Source: Candidatus Brocadiia bacterium (GTDB lineage: Bacteria; Planctomycetota; Brocadiia; CAIUPP01). From it: DNA of 64,000 nucleotides. The notes beneath the pieces were generated by a model. The model was not told the origin of the DNA, did not search any database, and was given only the letters and a program-made list of their open reading frames with translations. The position numbers and the translations under genes were made by a program. Positions 27,587-36,684 of the stretch are shown piece after piece; within the stretch, counting starts at the first letter, position 1; every line of letters begins with the position of its first letter. The DNA lies in contig JBEKCB010000002.1 in assembly GCA_050015075.1 (NCBI GenBank), positions 32,001-96,000 on the forward strand, read 5' to 3'.

Positions 27587-28627
27587 ATGAAAGTGCTGAT
27601 CCTGGGCGTCAACGGTTTCATCGGCCACTCGCTCACCGCGCGTATCCTGAAGGACACCGACTGGGAAGTGTACGGGATGGACCTCGGCTCGGACCGGATC
27701 AGCGACTACCTGGGCCACAAGCGCTTCCGGTTCCTCGAAGGCGATATCTCGATCAACCGCGAGTGGATCGAGTACCACATCAAGAAGTGCGATGCCGTCC
27801 TGCCGCTGGTCGCCATCGCCACGCCGAAAACCTACGTGGACGCCCCGCTGCGCGTGTTCGAGCTCGACTTCGAGGAGAACCTGCGCATCGTCCGCCAGAC
27901 CGTGAAATACAACCGCCGCATGATCTTCCCCTCGACCTCCGAGGTCTACGGCATGTCGCCGGACACGCCGTTCAATGAGGAGACCAGCAACCTGGTGCTC
28001 GGCCCGATCTGCAAACAGCGCTGGATTTACTCCTGCGCCAAGCAGTTGCTCGACCGCGTGATCTGGGCGTACGGGCGCCACGCCCATTTGCGCTTCACGC
28101 TCTTCCGGCCGTTCAACTGGATCGGCCCCAACCTCGACGACATTGACGCGCCGAAGGAAGGCAGCAGCCGCGTGGTGACGCAGTTCCTCGGCCACCTGCT
28201 GCGCAACGAGCCGATCCGCCTGGTGGACGGCGGCAGGCAGCGGCGCTCGTTCACGTACATCGAGGACGGCATCGAGGCGCTGATGCGCATCCTCGAGAAC
28301 AAGGACGGCTGCGCCGACGGCCAGATTTTCAACGTCGGCAACCCGAGGAACGACTGCTCGATGCGCGAGCTGGCCGAATTGATGATCAGCGTCATGGAGA
28401 CGTTCAAGGAGTTCAAGGGAATCCGGAAGCGCGCGGTGATGCAGGACGTGGCCGCCGTGGATTATTACGGCAAGGACTACCAGGACATCCAGACGCGCGT
28501 GCCGGACATCACTCAGGCGCGGACGAAGCTGGGCTGGGAACCGCGCGTGAACCTGCGCGATGCGCTGCGCCGCACCGTGGCGTACTACGTCGCCAAGAAA
28601 GTGAGAAGCAAGCATGGCGGGCGCTGA
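27587..28627 (+). CDS. arnA: UDP-glucuronate dehydrogenase/decarboxylase (stand-alone ArnA C-terminal domain)
   Basis: '[10 protein letters not shown]', '[11 protein letters not shown]', 'FELDFEENL', 'STSEVYG', '[13 protein letters not shown]', 'RPFNWIGP'. Confidence 0.92.
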   Translation: MKVLILGVNGFIGHSLTARILKDTDWEVYGMDLGSDRISDYLGHKRFRFLEGDISINREWIEYHIKKCDAVLPLVAIATPKTYVDAPLRVFELDFEENLRIVRQTVKYNRRMIFPSTSEVYGMSPDTPFNEETSNLVLGPICKQRWIYSCAKQLLDRVIWAYGRHAHLRFTLFRPFNWIGPNLDDIDAPKEGSSRVVTQFLGHLLRNEPIRLVDGGRQRRSFTYIEDGIEALMRILENKDGCADGQIFNVGNPRNDCSMRELAELMISVMETFKEFKGIRKRAVMQDVAAVDYYGKDYQDIQTRVPDITQARTKLGWEPRVNLRDALRRTVAYYVAKKVRSKHGGR

Positions 28628-30422
28628 AGGAACTTCATCAGTCGTCGCTCCTCCTTCGCACTTGCAATCCGGCCGGCACGGCTGGAGCATGGCGCGCGCG
28701 TTCTGGGTTGCGGCCGTCGCCGGCGTGCTGATCTCCTTCGCCGGCGTTTTCGATCACGCCCTCTGGACGCCGGACGAGCCGCGCGACGCCGAAGTCGGGC
28801 GCGAGATGGCCGTCAGCGGCAACTATGTCGTCCCGACGCTGGCCGAGACGCCTTTCCTTGAAAAGCCGCCGCTGGCCTGGTGGGCCATGTCCGGCCTGTA
28901 CAAGCTGTTCGGCGTCTCCGACGGCGTGGCGCGGACGTCGAGCGCGCTGGCGGGCCTGCTGACGCTGCTGCTGGTCTTCGACCTGGTGCGCCGCATCGCC
29001 GACCCGTTCGCCGCGCTGATGGCGACCCTGGCCACCGGCTGCCTGAGCGGCTTCTACTACGAGTATCACCGCGTGATCGTGGATCCGTGGCTCTCCCTGT
29101 TCGTCATGCTCGGATACTGGGGTTACGTCCTGGCGATGCTCCCGCCGCGCGAGGATGATTCAATCCGCAATCCGCAATCTGCAATCCGCAATCCCTCGCC
29201 CTGTCCCTGGGCGATCCTCATCATTTATCTCGCCGGCGGCCTCTCGTTCCTGGCCAAAGGCCCGGTCGGCCCGGGGCTCATCGCCGGGCCGGTCATCGTC
29301 AGCATCCTCTGGAACAGGCAATGGAATTTCTTCAGGTCGTGGATGCACGTTCCCGCCGCGGTGATCTTCCTGGCGCTCTGCGCGCTGTGGCCGTGGCTGC
29401 TTTACCGGAGCGGCGGCAGCGGACTCCTGAACGGATTCCTCGTGGATAGTCTGTTCGCGCGCTTCTTCCCGCCCGCGACGGGCCACGCCAGGACCGGCCA
29501 CCAGGAGGCTTTCTGGTACTACTTCGCCAACTTCCCCGCCTCCATCCTGCCGTGGCTGCTCGCCGTTCCGGCGATCTGCCATTGGTTCTGGCGCAAGCGG
29601 CTGCCGCAGGCTTGGAACCGGACCGCGCTGGTCTTCCTGGCGTGGGTCTTCCCGATCGGGCTGCTCATGCTGAGCGCGGCCGGGACGAAGCGTGAACTTT
29701 ACCTGCTGCCGCTCGTCGCCCCGTTCGGGGCGATGGCGGGCGCGTGGTTCGCCTCGGTCGTCAAGGATGAGCAACCGCATGCGATTGACCGGGTGACGGT
29801 GAGCATCCTGCTCGTCCTCTGCGCACTGTTCGCCTTCCTGGCGCTGCTCGGAGCGATCGGGCTGGAGACGGTGCGGTTCTACCTGACGCCGGAAGGCGCG
29901 CAGATGGCGAACCGAATCCCGCGCGTGAATCTCATCCTGTGCTCGCTCATAGGCGCCTTCTTCCTCTGGCTCTCATTCTTCGGAAGCCGCCTGCTGCGGC
30001 GCGGCCGGGCGCGCGTGGCCGCACTGGTCGTCTGGATCGCCTTCGGCCTGACGCTGACAGTTTGGCCGCTGGTCTACCGCTCGCTGGACCCGTTCAAGAA
30101 CCTCCACCACTTCACCGCCGACCTCGTGAAAATGGACGCTTTTTCGCCGGACCTCATTACCTGGAAGCCGGACGAAGTGACGCGCGGCACCATACCTTAT
30201 GACACGGGCCGATACTTGAAAGGCTTCGACGACGAGGGCCAGCTCGAGCGTTACGTCCAGGCGCACCCGGAGAGCAAGCTGCTGATGCTCGAACGGGATG
30301 TGCCGTCGCTGCCGGACAGCGTGGGCGACCGGCTGCGCATGATCCGGCATTGGGTCTTCAGCACGCATCGCGTGTACGCCCTCTATGACTTCGGCGCGCA
30401 GAAAAGCGTTCACGCAGAATAG
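28614..30422 (+). CDS. ArnT/GT39-family membrane glycosyltransferase (paralogue 4)
   Basis: '[10 protein letters not shown]', 'FLEKPPL', 'LAKGPVG', 'KRELYLLPL'. Confidence 0.85.
   Translation: MAGAEGTSSVVAPPSHLQSGRHGWSMARAFWVAAVAGVLISFAGVFDHALWTPDEPRDAEVGREMAVSGNYVVPTLAETPFLEKPPLAWWAMSGLYKLFGVSDGVARTSSALAGLLTLLLVFDLVRRIADPFAALMATLATGCLSGFYYEYHRVIVDPWLSLFVMLGYWGYVLAMLPPREDDSIRNPQSAIRNPSPCPWAILIIYLAGGLSFLAKGPVGPGLIAGPVIVSILWNRQWNFFRSWMHVPAAVIFLALCALWPWLLYRSGGSGLLNGFLVDSLFARFFPPATGHARTGHQEAFWYYFANFPASILPWLLAVPAICHWFWRKRLPQAWNRTALVFLAWVFPIGLLMLSAAGTKRELYLLPLVAPFGAMAGAWFASVVKDEQPHAIDRVTVSILLVLCALFAFLALLGAIGLETVRFYLTPEGAQMANRIPRVNLILCSLIGAFFLWLSFFGSRLLRRGRARVAALVVWIAFGLTLTVWPLVYRSLDPFKNLHHFTADLVKMDAFSPDLITWKPDEVTRGTIPYDTGRYLKGFDDEGQLERYVQAHPESKLLMLERDVPSLPDSVGDRLRMIRHWVFSTHRVYALYDFGAQKSVHAE
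29161..29194. repeat. In-frame 7-bp tandem repeat (AATCCGC) inside ArnT paralogue 4
   Basis: caatccgcaatccgcaatctgcaatccgcaatcc encodes [12 protein letters not shown] in a loop. Confidence 0.8.
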
Positions 30423-30441
30423 GAGATAGAAGCCAGGAGAT

Positions 30442-31542
30442 ATGAAACAGACTGCGAAGCTCCTTGGGGTTGTCGTCTTCTGCCTGGCGCTCGGCGCCGG
30501 GCTTGCGTACTGGAAGTTCGACTGGCGGGTCACGGGCTTTTTCCTCGCCACGAGAATTCCTTATAAAGCGGCATGGCTGCCGGCGATCGGCGAACTCGGA
30601 CGGCCGATGGCGCTGCTCTGGCTTCTGCTGCTCTGGGCCTGGGCCGCAAAGCGTCCGCGCGTGCTGCTGGCGGGGCTGCTGGCGATGCTGCTGACGATGT
30701 GCGCCGTCGTGCCGATCAAATCCGCCGTCGGGCGGGTTCGGCCCGACGAGGAACCTGCCGAAGTCATGAGCCAGCCCTTCTTCCACCGGAGCTATTCATT
30801 TCCCTCGGGTGACGCGACGCTCGCCTTCGCGGTTGCCACAGCGGCGGCCGGCTTCATCGTCGCCGCGAAGGTGCGATGGCTGCCGTTTCTCCTGGCGGCG
30901 ATGGCGGGCGTGACGCGCCTGATTCTGTTTCGGCACTTCGCCAGCGACGTGATCGCCGGCGCGGCGCTGGGAATCCTCTGCGGATACGCGGCGCTGAGAA
31001 TCAGCCGCAGCGCGTTCTTCCGAGGGGCGCTTTCCCGCGTGCCGCCGACGTGCTGGCGCCCCGCTTTCGGAGTCGCAGCGCTTCTGTATCTGGTCTTTGA
31101 CGCCGTCAAGGGCGGGCCGGTCACTAAGAACTTCCTGCCGCTATTCTGGCCGGTGGTCGCGTTCGTGCTGATCGCGGTGAAAGGGCCGGCGTGGCTCAAA
31201 CGGATCGGCTGGCCGTGGCCGCACTGGCAGAAGGACCGTCGCATGCGGATAGGCATAGTCATTTGGTATGTCATCGGACTGCTTTGGTGCGGGTTCTCCT
31301 TGTTTACGGCCGTAAGCTTCATGCGCGTCATGGCCGTAATCGAGAAACGGACTTGGTTACTGCCTGGAGCCGCAGCAGCGCTGATCGGCATTTGCTGGGC
31401 CGCGTCGGCCATATGGCGAGGGTCGCCGGGCCGCGCGCTAAGCCGCATGTTCGCCGCGTCGGTATTGAGCCTCGGGCTTACCTGGATAGCCCTTAGGGCG
31501 GCTATGCAGTTCGCCAACGGATTGCAGTCCCTCGGACGATGA
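30442..31542 (+). CDS. PAP2-family membrane phosphatase
   Basis: 'KSAVGRVRP', 'SFPSGD' (His replaced by Asp), 'TRLILFRHFASDV'. Confidence 0.75.
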   Translation: MKQTAKLLGVVVFCLALGAGLAYWKFDWRVTGFFLATRIPYKAAWLPAIGELGRPMALLWLLLLWAWAAKRPRVLLAGLLAMLLTMCAVVPIKSAVGRVRPDEEPAEVMSQPFFHRSYSFPSGDATLAFAVATAAAGFIVAAKVRWLPFLLAAMAGVTRLILFRHFASDVIAGAALGILCGYAALRISRSAFFRGALSRVPPTCWRPAFGVAALLYLVFDAVKGGPVTKNFLPLFWPVVAFVLIAVKGPAWLKRIGWPWPHWQKDRRMRIGIVIWYVIGLLWCGFSLFTAVSFMRVMAVIEKRTWLLPGAAAALIGICWAASAIWRGSPGRALSRMFAASVLSLGLTWIALRAAMQFANGLQSLGR

Positions 31543-31545
31543 GAA

Positions 31546-32454
31546 ATGATTAACTACTCTCTCAAGGTGGACGTGGACACGCATGACGGGATGCGCGACG
31601 GCGTGCCGCGGCTGCTCCATACGTTCCGGCGATTCGGCGTCAAGGCCACCTTCTTTCTGGCGTTCGGACCGGACAACTCGGGCAAGGCGATCTGGAATCT
31701 CTTTCGCAGCAAGGGGTTCCTCAAGAAGATGCTGCGCACCGGCGCGCCGAAGTTGTACGGCTGGCGGACGGTGCTCTCGGGCACGCTGCTCCCCGCGCGG
31801 CTGATCGCGGCGAAATTTCCCGGCTTCGTCAAGCGCATCGCCGACGAGGGGCACGAGGTCGGCGTTCATGCGTGGGACCATCGCCTCTGGCAGGACCATC
31901 TCGACCGGCTGACGCGGGCGCAGATCGCGGAGCAGTTCGCGCGCTCCTTCGAGTGCTTCGAGAAGACCCTCGGCCGCCGGCCCCGCTCCGTCGCCGCGCC
32001 CGCCTGGTACGCCACCGCGACGAGCCTGCAGGTGCAGGACGGGCTCGGGCTGCAGTACGCCAGCGACATCCGCGGGGACGAGTTCGGCTACCCGGAACTG
32101 GACGGCTACCGCTCGACGACGCTGCAAGTGCCGACGACCCAGCCTTGCCTGGAGGAACTTCTGACGCTCGGGCGGAAGGACCTGGACGCCTGCGCGGAAG
32201 AGGTGCTCGCCGCGCCGCCCGAAGCGCCGTTTGCCGTCATTCCGCTGCACGCGGAGGTCGAAGGAGGCGTTTACGCGCCCTTCCTCGAGAAGTTGCTTCG
32301 AGCGATTGCGGCGCGCGGGGCGCGCGTTCGGACCTTGGAGGAAAAGGCGGCCGAGATTCTCCGCGCCGCCGAACCGCCGCCCTTGATCCAGGTCCGCGCC
32401 CTGCCGGTCTCCGGGCGCGCCGGACGGGTGATCATGGCCGTTCCGCGATCCTGA
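31546..32454 (+). CDS. arnD: 4-deoxy-4-formamido-L-arabinose-phosphoundecaprenol deformylase
   Basis: 'LKVDVDT', 'ATFF..GPDNSG', 'HEVGVHAWDH', 'HAEVEG'. Confidence 0.85.
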   Translation: MINYSLKVDVDTHDGMRDGVPRLLHTFRRFGVKATFFLAFGPDNSGKAIWNLFRSKGFLKKMLRTGAPKLYGWRTVLSGTLLPARLIAAKFPGFVKRIADEGHEVGVHAWDHRLWQDHLDRLTRAQIAEQFARSFECFEKTLGRRPRSVAAPAWYATATSLQVQDGLGLQYASDIRGDEFGYPELDGYRSTTLQVPTTQPCLEELLTLGRKDLDACAEEVLAAPPEAPFAVIPLHAEVEGGVYAPFLEKLLRAIAARGARVRTLEEKAAEILRAAEPPPLIQVRALPVSGRAGRVIMAVPRS

Positions 32455-32481
32455 TCGCCAGGCCGGCGGACGAAGCCGCTC

Positions 32482-34152
32482 TCACCTCTTGACACCCCAG
32501 ATGAGCAGCGCCAGGCCGATGCAGCCGAGCGCGCCGTTGGCCATCCACTCCGCGATCCAGGGAGCGAGGTACCCGTCGGTGGCGAGCGTTTCGCCGACCA
32601 TCATCAGCGGGTAGTGGATAAAGAGGACGATGCAGAACGAGATGGCCAGGGCGACGATGAACGAGCCGCGGCGCGAGAGAATGCCCAACGGGATGCCGAC
32701 GAGCATGAAGATGAGGCACGTGGCGGAGCCGGCGTTGCGGAAGTGTAACTCGGACTGCGCGTCTATCCAGTGTTCGAATTCGTCGAGCTTCCCCTGAACC
32801 GCGGCGCAACGGCGCCGCTCCGCCGCAGCCACACTCGCCTCGGCATCCGCCGCCTTGTAATCGGTCTCGGCGCCGGCGAAGGCCGCGCCGGCCGCCTGGC
32901 GCCGCGCGTCGGCGGCCTGGAGCACGGCCGTCGCGTTCTGAAGTTCCTTATCCGAAGCCGACACGCGCTTCGTCAACTGCGACACGCGCTCGGTGGTGCG
33001 CTTCAACTCCTCCACCAGCGGGCCGAGTTCCTCCTCCGTGGCGCCCTCATCCGTGCGCTCCTGGATATCGTCCTTGAGCTTCTCGAGATACGCCGCCTGG
33101 TCGGCGAGCAAACTCTTCGCTTCCTCGGATCGCTTCCGGGCGCTCTCCTGCACGGCCTGGTCTCCGCGGACTTCCAGCTCCAGTTTATCCAGGGCCGCGC
33201 GCGCCTCGTCCCGTTTCGCCTTCTTCTCGCCCAGGACTTTCGCCAGGTCCGTATACTTCTGATCGGCTTTCTCGAACTCCCTCTTGGCGCTCCAGAACGC
33301 CGTTTTCGGATGCTCGGTCGCGGCGCCGAGTTCTCTGTGGGTCGTGGCGGCGGTCTTGGCGCCCTCGCGGATGCGCTGCAGCAGCGGGCCCAGCGGAAGG
33401 AATTTCGGCTTCAGCGAGGGACCGCCGCTGGCGTTCAGCGGGACATTAATCGTGATCCGCCCGAACCTCCCTATCGGCTTCCTCTCGCTGTCCTTGAGAT
33501 GCACCTCGGAGAGCCGCGGCTCCATCATCACGCCGCTTTCCAGCGTCAACGTGGCGTTGTTTTCGTCCACGCGCTTCCAGACTCCGCGCCGCGCCCACCA
33601 CCACCGGCTGGGAATCTCGTCGGCGAATTCGATCAGCGCGACGCTCTTCCAGGACATATCTTTCGGGTCCGTGCCGCCGATGTAGATATAGTAAGGGTCC
33701 ACCCGCCAGCCGGTCCTCGTCTGCCCGACCATCTCGGCGACGTCGTTGATGAGCTTGTTGCGCAATCCGGTGACGCGCTGCAGGGCCCACGGGAAGAAGT
33801 ACTGGTTCATGAAGAACGTCGCGCAACAGACGATCAGCGCGAGCGCCAGCGGCGGGACGATGATGTGGTTCACGTTGATGCCGTTGGCGCGCATGGCGTC
33901 AATCTCATGCCGGCTGCTGAGCCGCCCGAAGACCAGGACCGCGGCGAGCAGGAAGGCGGCCGGCAGCGCGTACGGCAGGCTGAGCATCAGGATATACGGG
34001 ATGATGTAGTAGATCTGGACGACGCTGACGCCCTCGCGCGTGAACGATGCGGAAAGTCCGAGGAAGAAGATCGCCGTCAGCGCCACGGCGCAGATCCCGA
34101 TGACCGGGATGATCTCCCACAGAACGTATCGTTGCAGACGCGAGGGAATCAC
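32482..34152 (-). CDS. LptF/LptG-family permease with a long coiled-coil insertion
   Basis: 'RLQRYVLWE', 'FGRLSSRHEIDAMRANG', C-terminal 'VGIPLGILSRRG...LAPWIAEWMAN'. Confidence 0.82.
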   Translation of the reverse strand: MIPSRLQRYVLWEIIPVIGICAVALTAIFFLGLSASFTREGVSVVQIYYIIPYILMLSLPYALPAAFLLAAVLVFGRLSSRHEIDAMRANGINVNHIIVPPLALALIVCCATFFMNQYFFPWALQRVTGLRNKLINDVAEMVGQTRTGWRVDPYYIYIGGTDPKDMSWKSVALIEFADEIPSRWWWARRGVWKRVDENNATLTLESGVMMEPRLSEVHLKDSERKPIGRFGRITINVPLNASGGPSLKPKFLPLGPLLQRIREGAKTAATTHRELGAATEHPKTAFWSAKREFEKADQKYTDLAKVLGEKKAKRDEARAALDKLELEVRGDQAVQESARKRSEEAKSLLADQAAYLEKLKDDIQERTDEGATEEELGPLVEELKRTTERVSQLTKRVSASDKELQNATAVLQAADARRQAAGAAFAGAETDYKAADAEASVAAAERRRCAAVQGKLDEFEHWIDAQSELHFRNAGSATCLIFMLVGIPLGILSRRGSFIVALAISFCIVLFIHYPLMMVGETLATDGYLAPWIAEWMANGALGCIGLALLIWGVKR

Positions 34153-34372
34153 GGAAGGCTCCGGACCGTGCTGAAAAATGCGCCTTCGAACACTGCTCCG
34201 TCGAGCAGCGGCCTTTCGCCGTGTGGCACCAGAGCATAGCGCATCGGCCCCGCGCTTTCAATATTCCCGCGTTCGAAGGAAGTTTGTGCCGTCGGAGGTA
34301 GCGCTCATTCGGCTCGAACCGAGCGCCGAAGCGTATTCCCGCCCATAACAGGGCCCACGCTTTCCGGCTGGG

Positions 34373-35122
34373 TCAAGAGCCGGCCGAGCAAGCGCGGAAG
34401 AGCATGAAGAGGCCCAGCGCCAGGATCAGCCCCGCGACGATCCTGCGGAAGACCGGCTCCGGAATTCTTCTCAGCAGCCGCGCCCCGCCGAGTGTGCCGA
34501 CCAGGACACCGAGGGTGAGCACGGCGATGGCCGGCCAGATGCCCGCCAGTTCGCGCCCCTGCGTCCAGAGATAGACCGGCAGGCGCGCGCCGTCCACCAT
34601 CAGCGTAATGGCCGTGGCCGTGGCGATGAACGCGTCGCGCGGCAGGCCGACGCCGAGCATCGCCGCCGAGCGGATTCCGCCCTGGTTCCCGACCAATCCG
34701 CCGAACACGCCGGAAAGCGCGCCGGCGACCCATGCCGCCGCCCCCGTGAACCGCAACCGTTGCGCCAGGCCCGTCAGCCCCAGCACCCCGGCGAAGATCA
34801 GCAGGCACGCGAAGACGAACGTCAGCGCGCGACTGGCGGCGTAGCGGTAAAGCAGCGCGCCGAGCAACCCGCCGGCGGCGCTCGTCAGGCCGAAGCTCCA
34901 CAGCACGCGGCGGTCAATCGCCTTTCGCAGCAGCCAGAATCGCAGTGCCGTCCCGGCCACGTGCGGGATCGCCACGGCCGCGACGGCCAGCTTGGTGCCG
35001 GCCCGCACCGCCAGCAGCGGCGTGAGCAGGCTGCCGATGCCGAACCCCGACAGCCCGGCAATCCCGCCCGCCGCAATGCCGACCAGTCCGCCGAGGAACA
35101 GGAACAAAGGCCCCATGAGCAT
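34373..35122 (-). CDS. TauE/SafE (sulfite exporter) family membrane protein
   Basis: 'AGLSGFGIG..LTP', 'GGLVGNQGG', about 8 TM segments. Confidence 0.8.
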   Translation of the reverse strand: MLMGPLFLFLGGLVGIAAGGIAGLSGFGIGSLLTPLLAVRAGTKLAVAAVAIPHVAGTALRFWLLRKAIDRRVLWSFGLTSAAGGLLGALLYRYAASRALTFVFACLLIFAGVLGLTGLAQRLRFTGAAAWVAGALSGVFGGLVGNQGGIRSAAMLGVGLPRDAFIATATAITLMVDGARLPVYLWTQGRELAGIWPAIAVLTLGVLVGTLGGARLLRRIPEPVFRRIVAGLILALGLFMLFRACSAGS

Positions 35123-35436
35123 TCGCCGCCGACGTAAAGCACTGAAAAGGACTTGCGAGCCCGCGACTCCATTCTAGCAAATGGATGGAAGAAAACCAGC
35201 GGCCGCCGCTCGAAGCTTGACCGCCGAATTATCATCCGCGTCGGTTGAAATTCTGCTTCCGGTTGCGCTATACTCAGGGTAACGAACGTGAGTTGATTCG
35301 CCAACTTTGAATTTGCGGTTGATGGCGCATGCGGTCGGACAGCGGACTTCGCCGCTTGTCGTATGAGGAGTCCTCTGCGGGAGCGTGGGGCTGCCTGAAT
35401 GCCGGCGCAGGCTCTTGACACTGCGCAGAGGAGTCC

Positions 35437-36543
35437 ATGAGTCCAGTCATCACCGATTCAGGCGCTCAGTTGGTTCCCGATCCCGCTTCGCAGCTCTATC
35501 GCGTGACGGCCTTCAAGAGCCTCCCGAACGTCATCTACGCAATGACCCGGCGCGGCTTCCCGGGCAACGGGTCCTTCGCGGGACCCGCCGGCCGGGCGCA
35601 GCGCGCGGAATTCGCCCGACAGCTCGGCATTGACCTCGCCAATACCGTCTGGCTGGACCCCGAAGGCTCCGGCGATGTCGTATTCCTCTCCGAAAAAGAT
35701 CGGGGCCACGGCGCGGACGACTGGGAGACCCGCGTCCGCGGCGCCAGCGGCATCGTCACCGACGGCCTCAATCTCTTCCTCTGTGCGCTCTACAACGACA
35801 ACGCGGTCGTGGTGCTCTTCGACCCGTTCTGCTACGGCATCGCGATGGTCAACATTCAACCGGGCAAGGCCTCGGCCGAGGCGCTCAGCAAAGCGGTGCT
35901 TATGCTCTCGCAACGGACCGGCGCAGATCCGACCAAGATGCAGGCCCTGGTCGGGCCGTGCGTAGGGCCGTGCTGCAAGACGTTCCCGAACCCCGGCGCG
36001 GTCGGAACGCGCACTCTCACGAACCTGTGGGACCTGACGCGCGGCGCCCTGATGGAGGTCGGCCTCAACCGCACCCAGGTTTTCAATCCGCGCGTCTGCA
36101 CGGCCTGCGGGGATACGGAATTCTTCTCCCGCGAGGTGGATGGCGCCGCCGCCCCGGCCGGCGCGATAGCGTTCGGCATCCGCGACAACGGCTCGCTCAA
36201 GGCGCAACTGGTCACGCGCCGCGCGGCCCAGGTGGCGCGCCGCCAGGCCGCCGCCGCGGCGCCGGTGGAAGTTTCGCTCACCGGCGAAGAGCAGCGCCTC
36301 AACCGCATGATGCGCTGCCCGTACGGGCAGAAGAAGGTCTATATCCGCTCGGTCCTCGATGGCTCGTCCGGCGGAACCTCGAAGCCGGTCCTCGCCCTGC
36401 GCTGCGCCGTCATGGAGCACGTCGGCCAGGCCGTGGGCGGCTACAACATCGTGCAGAAGGACTACATCGAAAAGACCTGCTGCGCCGACTACTCCAAGTG
36501 CAAGGCATACCAGGAATTCCTCAGGCGCCAGAAGAGGCTCTGA
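35437..36543 (+). CDS. YfiH/PgeF (laccase-domain)-like protein, apparently lacking catalytic residues, with a Cys-rich C-terminal domain
   Basis: 'MTRRG', 'GPCVGPCC', 'CTAC...FFSRE' are YfiH-like; the QVH, ADC and HAGW motifs are absent. Confidence 0.65.
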   Translation: MSPVITDSGAQLVPDPASQLYRVTAFKSLPNVIYAMTRRGFPGNGSFAGPAGRAQRAEFARQLGIDLANTVWLDPEGSGDVVFLSEKDRGHGADDWETRVRGASGIVTDGLNLFLCALYNDNAVVVLFDPFCYGIAMVNIQPGKASAEALSKAVLMLSQRTGADPTKMQALVGPCVGPCCKTFPNPGAVGTRTLTNLWDLTRGALMEVGLNRTQVFNPRVCTACGDTEFFSREVDGAAAPAGAIAFGIRDNGSLKAQLVTRRAAQVARRQAAAAAPVEVSLTGEEQRLNRMMRCPYGQKKVYIRSVLDGSSGGTSKPVLALRCAVMEHVGQAVGGYNIVQKDYIEKTCCADYSKCKAYQEFLRRQKRL

Positions 36544-36684
36544 GCGCCGTCGCGCTCGTCGTCCCGGGCGCTCGAGTATGCATCCTGACCCGGCCGGGCG
36601 CGAGTGCGGCCGTTTGGCAATCCGCCTCCCGATCTGGTATGCTCACGCCTTCAGTCCATACCCATCCGGTTTTCCGGGCCGGCT

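Noticed and set aside
26591-28627. Split ArnA as a novelty or as a repeat-disrupted pseudogene
   Set aside because: Both halves are complete ORFs with their own starts, and separate formyltransferase and decarboxylase genes are known in other bacteria.
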